Shown here in pieces: positions 28,249 through 37,129 of a stretch of 64,000 nucleotides of DNA (position 1 is its first letter; the number at the start of each line of letters is the position of its first letter). Below the pieces are notes generated by a model. The model did not search any database and had not been told where the DNA came from. It was given only the letters and a program-made list of their open reading frames with translations. This stretch comes from Fidelibacterota bacterium UBA2986. GTDB lineage: Bacteria; Fidelibacterota; Marinisomatia; Marinisomatales; AB-629-J13. The stretch spans positions 9,565 to 73,564 of the forward strand of contig DEAI01000006.1 of NCBI GenBank assembly GCA_002346675.1, written 5' to 3'. The position numbers and the translations under genes are program-made.

Positions 28249-29884
28249 GTGCTGAACTGACAATAGTGCGATATGAGTCTTCCATCTGCCCCGACATTTT
28301 TATGCTCCCGTAAAGCTGAGATATCATATTAATCCTCTCTTCCTTATTCAAATAGGAGGCACCTACCTGTGTCTTTTGTTTTATACTTTTTTTTGAGATA
28401 TGAAGGTGATGATTAGCGCGTGCAGCAATTTGGGGTAGGTGTGATATACAGAACACCTGTTTTACTTTAGCCAGGTTTACCAAAGCTCTGGATACTTTTT
28501 CCGCAGTTTCTCCTGAAATGCCGGAATCTATTTCATCGAAAATCAATGTGTCTACAGGGTCATTTGATTGAAACACTGTCTTGATTGACAGCATGATACG
28601 TGAAATTTCTCCACCTGAAGCTATATCAGTCAAGGGTTTCGGGCTCTCCCCTGGATTGGCACTTAAATAAAACTCTACCCTATCATAGCCAGTGGGATAT
28701 GCTTTAACCGCATTATTGTTGAAACTAACAATTGAACTCTCCTGCTCATTAACTCCAAACTTAATAATAAACTGTGGCTCTGAAATATTTAATAATTTCA
28801 TTTGCCTTTCTATTGAAGACTGAAGTTTTTCTGCAGCACCTAAGCGAGATGAGTGGAGCTGGTCGGCCCTAGCTTGATATGATTCATTTAGAGATAGCAA
28901 CTCCTTTTTGAGTCGCACTATAGATTGGCCATCAGTTTCAATAGATGATAGCTCTTTTTTTATCTCCTCTAGCTTCATGTTTACTGATTCAATTGATCCG
29001 CCATATTTCCTTTTTAGGGACTCTATCTCTTGGAGCCTATGGTCAATCTCGGAGCACTGCTCTTGGTCGATCTCTAGTGAGCTTTGATACTGGAGTAGCT
29101 GGTTGGTTATATCTTGAATAGATATCCTGGCAGAATTAAGTTCATCTAGAAAGGTGTGCAATTCACTGTCAATGCCTTTTATTTCAGCTAGCGTGTTAAT
29201 TATTTCTTCTAGCCTAATTAATATAGAAAAGTCTCCTGACTCAAGAGAGCCTATGATATTTTGCACTGAGTTATAAAGAGTTTCACCGTTTGAAAGTTTT
29301 TTAAATTGTTTTAATAAAATCTTATCCTCATCGGCTTTTGGAGAAACAGCTTTTATCTCATTTAGTTGAAACTCAAGGAGCTCTTTTTTTTCTTCCATTT
29401 CTGAGAGATTTTTTCTTTTTAGTTTCAGCTTACTTTCTACTATTGAAATATTTTTAAATGTTTCCTTTAGCTTTTCTACATCTTCAATATTTTCTGCAAA
29501 CCTATCCAAATAGCTCAGGTGGTAAACTTTGTTTAAAATCATTTGCTGGTCATGTTGACCATGAAAATCAGCATAATAGGGCACCACAATTGAAAACTTG
29601 TTCTCTTTTACAGGTTCATCATTTATAAAAGACTTTGTTCTACCTGAGCTTGAGAGAATTCGGCGAATTGTTCCCTGTGATGTGGCTGTCTCCACAACAG
29701 TGTGTGGCCTCCCTGTTCTCACTAAGACCTTGTTACCTTTAGATCCTAAGACATATGAGAGAGCTTTTACAAGCAGGGATTTCCCTGACCCTGTTTCGCC
29801 AGTGATAACGGTCAGCCCGGGATTGAAATTGATATTCAATTCCGAAATTATAGCAAGATCTTTCAGAAACAATGAACGAATCAT
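28241..29884 (-). CDS. recN: DNA repair protein RecN
   Basis: Walker A (ITGETGSGKS), a long coiled-coil middle, and a C-terminal signature/Walker B region (ASGGEISRIMLSIK...LIFDEIDSGISG). Confidence 0.92.
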   Translation of the reverse strand: MIRSLFLKDLAIISELNINFNPGLTVITGETGSGKSLLVKALSYVLGSKGNKVLVRTGRPHTVVETATSQGTIRRILSSSGRTKSFINDEPVKENKFSIVVPYYADFHGQHDQQMILNKVYHLSYLDRFAENIEDVEKLKETFKNISIVESKLKLKRKNLSEMEEKKELLEFQLNEIKAVSPKADEDKILLKQFKKLSNGETLYNSVQNIIGSLESGDFSILIRLEEIINTLAEIKGIDSELHTFLDELNSARISIQDITNQLLQYQSSLEIDQEQCSEIDHRLQEIESLKRKYGGSIESVNMKLEEIKKELSSIETDGQSIVRLKKELLSLNESYQARADQLHSSRLGAAEKLQSSIERQMKLLNISEPQFIIKFGVNEQESSIVSFNNNAVKAYPTGYDRVEFYLSANPGESPKPLTDIASGGEISRIMLSIKTVFQSNDPVDTLIFDEIDSGISGETAEKVSRALVNLAKVKQVFCISHLPQIAARANHHLHISKKSIKQKTQVGASYLNKEERINMISQLYGSIKMSGQMEDSYRTIVSSAHG

Positions 29885-30231
29885 AAACGGTGGGATGGTT
29901 TATAAAATAAAATACTTCCGATGAGCATGCCAGCTGTATCCGCAAAAAAATCAGCTAGACTTGTACATCTATCTGAGATAAAACTCTGCCACCACTCATC
30001 GAAAGCTCCAAAAATCATTCCAAAACAAATAATACAAATAAGTCCAACTAATTTATGAGGGGAAAAACTTTTTACTGCAATAAATCCCAACAATGAGTAC
30101 ACTAAAAAATGAGCTATTTTATCGGTATGCTGAAATCCAATATCAGGAATAGCTTTGGATGGTAAAGCAGATACAGTCAGTATAATCAACATATAAATCC
30201 CCAGAAATACTCTGTACGTCTTAGAGTTCAT
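29881..30231 (-). CDS. VanZ-like small membrane protein
   Basis: Four predicted TM segments. DKIAHFLVYSLLG and DEWWQSF..R..S..D...D..G fit the VanZ family pattern. Confidence 0.65.
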   Translation of the reverse strand: MNSKTYRVFLGIYMLIILTVSALPSKAIPDIGFQHTDKIAHFLVYSLLGFIAVKSFSPHKLVGLICIICFGMIFGAFDEWWQSFISDRCTSLADFFADTAGMLIGSILFYKPSHRL

Positions 30232-31732
30232 ATTCTTTTATCACTTTGTGAATATTATTTAAGACATCTGTCGCGGTCAATCCTCTATAGCCTGTTTCAG
30301 AGACAAGTGTGTCCGCTGCTTTTCCATGAATATATACCCCCAACTTGCTTGCATCAGGAGGAGCAATATTCTGCGCTATTAATCCCCCAATACAGCCCGC
30401 CAGTACGTCACCAGTACCTGCAGATGCTAGCCCCTGGTTTCCACTAATGTTTATGGATCCTATATCATTAAAAACAACCGATACCGGAGTAGTTTTGATT
30501 ACAAGAGTACCGGAAAAGTCATTCATAAATTCTTCAATAACTCTAATAAAATTTTCCCTCACATAATATACGGGGTGGTTTACCATATAACTGAACTCTG
30601 CTAAATGAGGAGTTAAAACACAGTTGTCTGGGAGCAATGAAATGTGACCATTAATAAATCGTAAAGCATCTGCATCGATGATCATAGGTTTCTTACAGGA
30701 TTCAATTACCTTTAAAATAAAATATTTTGTATCGGCTTCACTGCCAAGCCCTGGTCCAATTACAAGGCTATCGCACCAATAAAGTTCTTTTTCTATCTCC
30801 TCAAAATTTCTTTCTCTAAAATACCCCTTGCCATTATCTTCACAGGGTAAAGTAATTCCCTCTATAAATAGGGATTCAACTATTGGAGACAGCGAATTCG
30901 GAGCACAGAGCTTTACCAGACCAGCGCCGCTCCTTAGAGAGGCCTTCCCAGCTAAAATAGAGGCTCCAGTCATTCCCCTAGATCCTGCTATCACAAGAAC
31001 CTTACCCTGTCCGTGTTTGTAGGAGTCTTTTGGGGGAGCAATAAGAATTTTCTCTGGGAGCTCTCTGTCAAACAATCTCCACTGTATCCCCGAAAGAGGA
31101 TTATCGATCTTTGGAAATCCTATGTCAGCTACAATTACTTCTTCGCTACTATCTTTTCCAGGAAAAAAATGATGACCAGTTTTTTCAAATCCCATGGAAA
31201 TCGTCATATTTGCCCTTACCGCTGTTCCACTGAAGAATCCAGTGTCTGCGTTTATCCCTGAAGGAATATCCACAGCAACTATCTCTGCAGATTGTCTGTT
31301 AAGCCAGTCTATCCAACCAGCTACCGGTTCTCTAACTTTTCCAGATATACCGACTCCTAGCATTGCATCAATAATTAGGTCAAACTTTTTTAATTCAGAG
31401 GGGTCTTCTTGGAAAAGAATAGAGATTCCTTTCTCAATACATTCTTCATAATAATGAAGTGTATCATTTTTAAATTTTTTTGGAGAATATATATGATATA
31501 TTTGGGGAGAAAATTCAGCAAGTGCTGCTGCCGCTGCAAACCCGTCACCACCATTATTTCCCTTTCCACAGACTATTAGAATATTTTTTTTATCTAAATT
31601 TTGATAATTTTGGAGGACTGTATCTGCTATTTTTTCCCCAGCATTCCCCATCAAAGTTTCACCGGAAATCCCAAATTCGTTTCCAGAAATTTTGTCTAGC
31701 TCCCTTGATTGTTGGGAGGTTATGATATACAT
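30221..31732 (-). CDS. nnr: Bifunctional NAD(P)H-hydrate repair enzyme (epimerase + ADP-dependent dehydratase; YjeF family)
   Basis: N-terminal YjeF_N (VCGKGNNGGDGF) plus C-terminal carbohydrate-kinase-like domain (HKG.GKVLVIAGS..MTGA, ASAGTGDVLAG). Confidence 0.9.
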   Translation of the reverse strand: MYIITSQQSRELDKISGNEFGISGETLMGNAGEKIADTVLQNYQNLDKKNILIVCGKGNNGGDGFAAAAALAEFSPQIYHIYSPKKFKNDTLHYYEECIEKGISILFQEDPSELKKFDLIIDAMLGVGISGKVREPVAGWIDWLNRQSAEIVAVDIPSGINADTGFFSGTAVRANMTISMGFEKTGHHFFPGKDSSEEVIVADIGFPKIDNPLSGIQWRLFDRELPEKILIAPPKDSYKHGQGKVLVIAGSRGMTGASILAGKASLRSGAGLVKLCAPNSLSPIVESLFIEGITLPCEDNGKGYFRERNFEEIEKELYWCDSLVIGPGLGSEADTKYFILKVIESCKKPMIIDADALRFINGHISLLPDNCVLTPHLAEFSYMVNHPVYYVRENFIRVIEEFMNDFSGTLVIKTTPVSVVFNDIGSINISGNQGLASAGTGDVLAGCIGGLIAQNIAPPDASKLGVYIHGKAADTLVSETGYRGLTATDVLNNIHKVIKEYEL

Positions 31733-32103
31733 TATTTTTTTTGCATTATAACAAAAGCAACTGCGCTATCACTATCGTGAGAGATTGAACATTCACATGA
31801 AAAGTTAGAACTATATTTTATAGGTAACTTTACAAATGGCGCTCCATTATATTTTGATTTGATCTCAATATCTTTAAAAATTGTTTGGTAATTCATCCCT
31901 TTAGACATAATAGCTTTTTTTACCGCTTCCTTAGCTGCAAACCTTCCTGCAAAGTGCTGAGATGGTCTTACCCTGCTCTCACAATAGATAATTTCTTCAT
32001 CTGTAAAAACGCGATCTAGGAAGCGACCACTTATATCAGAATTTAAAATTTTTTCCACACGGTCTATTGATACAATATCAACACCAATTGATAGCTCAGT
32101 CAC
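31732..32103 (-). CDS. acpS: Holo-[acyl-carrier-protein] synthase
   Basis: IGVDIVSIDRV...., FT..E......R......AGRFAAKEAV.KA and SISHD. 123 aa. Confidence 0.88.
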   Translation of the reverse strand: MTELSIGVDIVSIDRVEKILNSDISGRFLDRVFTDEEIIYCESRVRPSQHFAGRFAAKEAVKKAIMSKGMNYQTIFKDIEIKSKYNGAPFVKLPIKYSSNFSCECSISHDSDSAVAFVIMQKK

Positions 32104-32779
32104 TGTTTAGTTCTCTCACAATAGTTACAACCTCATAGATATCGTTCACATCCCAATCAGCTCCCGAATGTACCGTGCCAAAGGTATCACCATATTTTGC
32201 AAACATAGTTCGGATACCAACTTTTTTTGCACCTACAACATCCCTCTCAGGCCAATCACCAATCATAAGTGCCTCCTGAGAAGTAACGCTCATTTTATCA
32301 AGTGCCATTTCAAATGGTATGGGTGAAGGTTTTCTTGCCCCTGTATCATCAAATGTTAGTACAAGATCAAATATATGATGAAGATTTAAATGATAAATTC
32401 GAAGCCATGCTTCACGGCTAGGTGCATCAGAGACCAGAGCTAATTTTATCCCCATTTTTAATAATTCAAATAAACAGCGATTTACATTAGGATATAATTG
32501 AAGGCTCGCTTCCCTTGCTCTTCTGTAGGCAACAATTCCCGCTGCGAGAAACTTATTATCAACATAGCCAAGTGTCTTTGTGAGATATTCGTTAAATATT
32601 TTCTGATTTTCCCATCCAATTTCATGGTAAAGTGAGAAAATATCTTCAAAAGATTTTTCTGCATCGAGGTTCAGCCCCGCCTCCTGCATTGCGGAGATAG
32701 CAGCGCTTACCGCATTTTCTTTCATCTTGATAAAATCGAGAAGAGTATTATCAAGATCAAAAATAACAACCTTGATCAT
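32096..32779 (-). CDS. HAD-superfamily hydrolase (phosphatase, subfamily IA-like)
   Basis: Motif I VIFDLDNTLLDF, motif II LVSDAP, and motif III/IV K.KPSP...........MIGDW..RDV.GA...G. Confidence 0.8.
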   Translation of the reverse strand: MIKVVIFDLDNTLLDFIKMKENAVSAAISAMQEAGLNLDAEKSFEDIFSLYHEIGWENQKIFNEYLTKTLGYVDNKFLAAGIVAYRRAREASLQLYPNVNRCLFELLKMGIKLALVSDAPSREAWLRIYHLNLHHIFDLVLTFDDTGARKPSPIPFEMALDKMSVTSQEALMIGDWPERDVVGAKKVGIRTMFAKYGDTFGTVHSGADWDVNDIYEVVTIVRELNSD

Positions 32780-32816
32780 ATGAATCTCATGCAGATTATG
32801 TTCTGCTTAAATTGGC

Positions 32817-34130
32817 CTACTCTTCATACTTTTCGGGGTTTTTAATTCGGTCAATTTCGTACTCTGACATTTGTCTCCAAGAGCGGTCATCTCTTGCCTT
32901 TTCTAATGCATTTAGTGCAGCGGTCTTACTCCCTCTACCTTTACACCACTCTGCAATACCCAGCTCGTACCAGCCTGCACCAAATCGTTTTTTTCTATCT
33001 GTCGCCTCTCTGGCAGCTTCCTTAGCTGAATCACAATTTCCCAAATGATTATGCGCAGATGCAAGTCTCACCCATGCAGAGGCATCTTTTGGATTTAATG
33101 AGGTTCCTTTTTCAAGATATGTTACGGCTAAATCCAGAGAATCTGCATCAATATAGATTGCACCTAAAGAAATATACGGTTTCGCATAATTTTCATCTAC
33201 CGCAATTGCGGTCTTAAGAACCTCAACTGCACTCTCATAATCCTTATTTTGAATATAAATATCTCCCATGCTGCTATATGCTTTTGCATATCCGGGGTGT
33301 ATCGTTACAGCTTGCTGGAAAGACGCTAAAGCCTCAGCTTTATTTCCATATTTATTCTGTGCAAGTCCAAGAGCAAACCATCCAATATAGAAAGTTGAAT
33401 CTGTATCAATTGCGTTTGTGTAGGCTTTGATTGCGATATCTAAATTTCCCCTTTTTGCCTCAATAACACCAATTTGATAGTGGGCTTTTATAAATGCTGG
33501 GTCATACTCCAAAACTTGATAGTAGGCCTCCATGGCCTTCTCAAGATTTCCACGTCTATATGAATTGTTTCCCTCATTGAATGTATTTTTCACAACATTT
33601 TCAATTGCAGTTCGGGCATTGTTGTGGTTAGGATTTAAGTCTAGCGCTTGCCTAAATAATTTTACAGATGCAGAAAAGTCCCTAACACGAAATTTTGCAA
33701 GACCCATACTGTAAACTGCCTCGGTAAAATTAGGAAATTCTTTCACAACTTCCTCGTAAAAGGTAAACGCATTTTCAAATTCCCCATTTTTCATGGCTCT
33801 CCCGCCATCACTCATTTTAATATTTATATCATTGAACCGATCAAATTCAGTTTTAAACTGGTCATAGTCCACATCAACTGCCTTGCGCAAATACATCTGA
33901 GATTTCTCCATATCTCCTAACCTCAGCTGTAATTGAGCTAGCTCCATCATTGCAGGGGTAAACTGATCATTTTGATCTAAGGCTAACTCAAAATCTACTA
34001 GAGCTTCCTCCAACTCACCGTTGCTAAGTTTTGACTTTCCTGATGATAGCAGCTGGTCAGGGGTAGCGGAATTACCTATAGATATAAAAAGGGCTAAAAG
34101 TGGAGCTATAATTATATTTAATTGTTTCAT
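32817..34130 (-). CDS. Secreted tetratricopeptide-repeat protein
   Basis: Signal peptide MKQLNIIIAPLLALFISIGNSA. More than 8 TPR-like 34-aa units (A...Y...L..DP....A....G). Confidence 0.75.
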   Translation of the reverse strand: MKQLNIIIAPLLALFISIGNSATPDQLLSSGKSKLSNGELEEALVDFELALDQNDQFTPAMMELAQLQLRLGDMEKSQMYLRKAVDVDYDQFKTEFDRFNDINIKMSDGGRAMKNGEFENAFTFYEEVVKEFPNFTEAVYSMGLAKFRVRDFSASVKLFRQALDLNPNHNNARTAIENVVKNTFNEGNNSYRRGNLEKAMEAYYQVLEYDPAFIKAHYQIGVIEAKRGNLDIAIKAYTNAIDTDSTFYIGWFALGLAQNKYGNKAEALASFQQAVTIHPGYAKAYSSMGDIYIQNKDYESAVEVLKTAIAVDENYAKPYISLGAIYIDADSLDLAVTYLEKGTSLNPKDASAWVRLASAHNHLGNCDSAKEAAREATDRKKRFGAGWYELGIAEWCKGRGSKTAALNALEKARDDRSWRQMSEYEIDRIKNPEKYEE

Positions 34131-34161
34131 ATGATTTGGATTAATTTATTGGTTAAACCTG

Positions 34162-34245
34162 TGCCGAAGGCCGGAGTCGAACCGGCACGTCCGTTGGGAC
34201 ACTGCCCCCTCAAGACAGCGTGTCTACCAATTCCACCACTTCGGC
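34162..34245 (-). tRNA. tRNA-Leu (anticodon GAG), class II long variable arm, CCA not encoded
   Basis: Minus strand is GCCGAAG-UG-...CUGUC-UUGAGGG-GGCAG...UGCCGGUUCGACUCCGGC-CUUCGGC-A. All four stems pair. It starts 4 nt after the secG stop (secG followed by tRNA-Leu, as in E. coli secG-leuU). Confidence 0.93.
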
Positions 34246-34248
34246 AAA

Positions 34249-34590
34249 TTATTCATTTTCATCTAAAAGTCCCTGAGACGCGGGGAGAGACAAATCAGCG
34301 CCGGGGGTGATAAGCTGATTCTCTGACTCTTGTTTCAAAAGAGAATCTGCCTGAGCTTCACCAGGTGCACTGAGGAGACTAATCAAAACTGCTAACAATA
34401 GAAATACCCCAGCTAACCATGTAGTCAGTCTACTCAAAAATGATGCGGCTCCCCTTCCTCCCATGATTGCACTGGTAGTAGCGCTACCAAATGTACCTGA
34501 TAATCCACCGCCTTGGCTGGCCTGCATTAAGACCACCAGTATTAAAAATATACTGATGAGAGAGTGTATAAAAATAAAAAATCCTTGCAC
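34249..34590 (-). CDS. secG: Preprotein translocase subunit SecG
   Basis: IFLILVVLMQ.S.GGGLSG.FG is the SecG signature. GTG start at 34590 with AGGAGGA 4 nt upstream. Confidence 0.88.
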   Translation of the reverse strand: MQGFFIFIHSLISIFLILVVLMQASQGGGLSGTFGSATTSAIMGGRGAASFLSRLTTWLAGVFLLLAVLISLLSAPGEAQADSLLKQESENQLITPGADLSLPASQGLLDENE

Positions 34591-34599
34591 AATTCCTCC

Positions 34600-35361
34600 T
34601 TAACTATATTGTTCAACTGTTTTAATGATATGATAGAATGATTCCGTTTTCAAGCTGGCTCCTCCAATTAAAAATCCATCTACACCCTGTGTCAAAATTA
34701 AAGACTCAACATTCTGGGGATTCACAGAACCCCCGTACAAAATTGAGACGTTCTCACTCTCTCTAATAGAATATAACTTTTCAATTTTTTTTCTGATAAA
34801 CTTATGTACCCTTTCAATTTGAATTGAGTCCGCATTAAGTCCGGTTCCAATTGCCCATACGGGCTCATAGGCAACGATGACATTTCCTACATTAGAGATA
34901 TCTCTTAAACCAGACTCAATTTGATGTTCCAAAACATCTTTTGTTGAACCGCTCTCCATTTCTTCTAGGGTTTCACCTATACAAAATATGGGAACTAACT
35001 TGTAAGCAAGCAGGGCCTGTATCTTTTTATTGATCCACTCATCCTTTTCTCCAAAACAGTGCCTCCTCTCAGAGTGTCCTAAAATCACATACTGTACACC
35101 TAACTCTGAAAGCATTGAACATGAAACCTCTCCAGTGAATGCCCCAGAATTTTCCCAATGACAATTTTGTGCACCTAACTCACAAGTAGTGCCATTTAAC
35201 TGCTTTTTCATTTCAAATAACGCTGTATAAGGCGGGCAGAATATAACTTTTGTCCTGTCTACATCCAAAAGTAATTTCGTCATCTCATCGACGAACGATA
35301 GCCCCTCTGAAAGAGTCTTATACATTTTCCAGTTTCCAATTACATATTTTTGTTTTTTCAT
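34600..35361 (-). CDS. tpiA: Triosephosphate isomerase
   Basis: GNWKM, ILGHSERR, AYEPVWAIGTG and YGGSV motifs. Confidence 0.95.
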   Translation of the reverse strand: MKKQKYVIGNWKMYKTLSEGLSFVDEMTKLLLDVDRTKVIFCPPYTALFEMKKQLNGTTCELGAQNCHWENSGAFTGEVSCSMLSELGVQYVILGHSERRHCFGEKDEWINKKIQALLAYKLVPIFCIGETLEEMESGSTKDVLEHQIESGLRDISNVGNVIVAYEPVWAIGTGLNADSIQIERVHKFIRKKIEKLYSIRESENVSILYGGSVNPQNVESLILTQGVDGFLIGGASLKTESFYHIIKTVEQYS

Positions 35362-36548
35362 GGTTTCTCTAACGCTAAAATTGCGGGAAGTTGGTTTCCA
35401 CTTAGCAGCTCTAAGGATGCCCCACCTCCTGTTGAAACGTGAGACATCTCTGAGGCTAATCCAAATTGATTTACCGCCGAAGCAGTATCACCTCCTCCTA
35501 CAATAACTGTTTGATTAATCTCTTTTCCTTTTGCACATATCTCTGCTATCCCTCTTGTCCCTCCTGCAAAATCTTCCTTTTCAAAAACTCCCATTGGACC
35601 ATTCCACAGTATAGTTCCTGCATTTGAAATAATCTCTCCGAATTTATTAATAGTTTCATTTCCAATATCATAACCGCCCATTTCGTCAGGCATGTTTGAT
35701 ACAGAGACCGTGAGTTTTTCTTTCGGAGAATCCAAATTCTCAGATATAACCACATCAGAGGGAAGAACTAACTTTACTGAGTGGTTTCTAGCTTCATAGA
35801 GTATTTTTTTAGCATCAGAAATCATGGAGTTATCTACAAGAGATTTCCCGATTCCTTTACCTTTTGCTTTCAAAAATGTGAACGCCATTCCGCCACCAAT
35901 TAAAACTGAATCTGCCTTGGGAATTATATGATAAATTAAATCCAGCTTTCCCTTAATCTTTGCTCCACCTAGTACGACAACAAAAGGCTTTGTAGGATCT
36001 TGAATGGCTTGTTTTAAATATTTTAGCTCATTTTCTATTAGAAATCCTATCCCTTTTTGATGGAAAAATTTTAGGACTCCAACATTGGACGCGTGCATAC
36101 GGTGAGCGGTGCCAAAAGCGTCGTTGATAAATACCTCGCCGTGCTTTGCTAATAGGGAGCTGAATTCAGGATCATTCTCAGTTTCTCCTTTATGAAATCT
36201 TAAGTTTTCAAGTAAGTGAACCTCTCCAGGTTTTAGTCCTAGTGTCACATCATGGGAATCTTCTGATATACAACTATTAGAAAATTTTATCTGGCTTTCT
36301 AATAGATCTGCCAATGTCTCCCCAACCGGAATCAAACTATATTTTTCATCATAGCTGCCATTCGGACGTCCCAGGTGTGAACATAATACGAGCGAAGCGC
36401 CCTGGTTAAGACAATACCTTATGGTCGGTATAGAGCTTTTGATTCTGAATGAATCGAGAACCTTGCCATTTTTAATTGGAACATTATAGTCAACCCTCAT
36501 AAGGATTGTCTTTGCCTTTAAATTGATCTGTTTTAATGAGTTGATCAT
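35358..36548 (-). CDS. pgk: Phosphoglycerate kinase
   Basis: RVDYNVP, SHLGRP, NDAFGTAHR, GGAK...K and STGGGASLE motifs. 4-nt overlap with tpiA. Confidence 0.95.
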   Translation of the reverse strand: MINSLKQINLKAKTILMRVDYNVPIKNGKVLDSFRIKSSIPTIRYCLNQGASLVLCSHLGRPNGSYDEKYSLIPVGETLADLLESQIKFSNSCISEDSHDVTLGLKPGEVHLLENLRFHKGETENDPEFSSLLAKHGEVFINDAFGTAHRMHASNVGVLKFFHQKGIGFLIENELKYLKQAIQDPTKPFVVVLGGAKIKGKLDLIYHIIPKADSVLIGGGMAFTFLKAKGKGIGKSLVDNSMISDAKKILYEARNHSVKLVLPSDVVISENLDSPKEKLTVSVSNMPDEMGGYDIGNETINKFGEIISNAGTILWNGPMGVFEKEDFAGGTRGIAEICAKGKEINQTVIVGGGDTASAVNQFGLASEMSHVSTGGGASLELLSGNQLPAILALEKP

Positions 36549-37129
36549 TCGATTTAATAAGCTGGTTTAGTCTCTACCGCAATAGTGTTCACACTATCAA
36601 AACCGCTTTCTATCAAAAATATTGTTCGAATATCCAGTGAAGAGCAGTCTGTCAAAAGATCCATAAGCAATCTAATAACTTTATAATGGGGAGAGTTCTT
36701 TATGTGGACGGGTTCCGCCAAATTCAATTTTCTTTTCCTTTAAGATTGTGGCCTAAGATAGCTTGCATTTTACTCTTTTTATTTAATGTAATTCTACAGA
36801 GTTATTCTAAAAAGTTACCTATTCTAAACTGGTCTATTTGGCTAGATCAATACCCTACTTTGTTTTATATACGTGGATATGTAAAAAGATAAGAGACCAC
36901 ATATTAGGAAAAGTATCTTTTAGGTTTTATTCAAAACCACTGCAAAAACCACTCTGTGGAAACAGCTGTCTAATTTGACAGATGAATTGGTTTTAAAATT
37001 GACAAGCACCTTATAGATATTTACTTTTTTAAAAGCAGGTGTTATATATGGTGGAATGAATTTCTATAAACATTTAATGTTGATGAATTAGCCAATGAAA
37101 TGTAATATCCCCTCGGCTTTAATATAAGT

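Noticed and set aside
29598-29945. Overlapping 108-aa (+) and 68-aa (-) ORFs at the recN/VanZ junction, and similar antisense ORFs inside murA, trkA, nnr, pgk, gdhA, glnS, sucCD and others
   Set aside because: Each is embedded in a longer ORF with strong family motifs. None has a recognisable motif or an RBS.
36686-36892. 68-aa ORF in the 580-bp spacer upstream of the 996-aa gene
   Set aside because: No Shine-Dalgarno, odd composition, and no recognisable motif. Kept only as part of the 'long spacer' remark.
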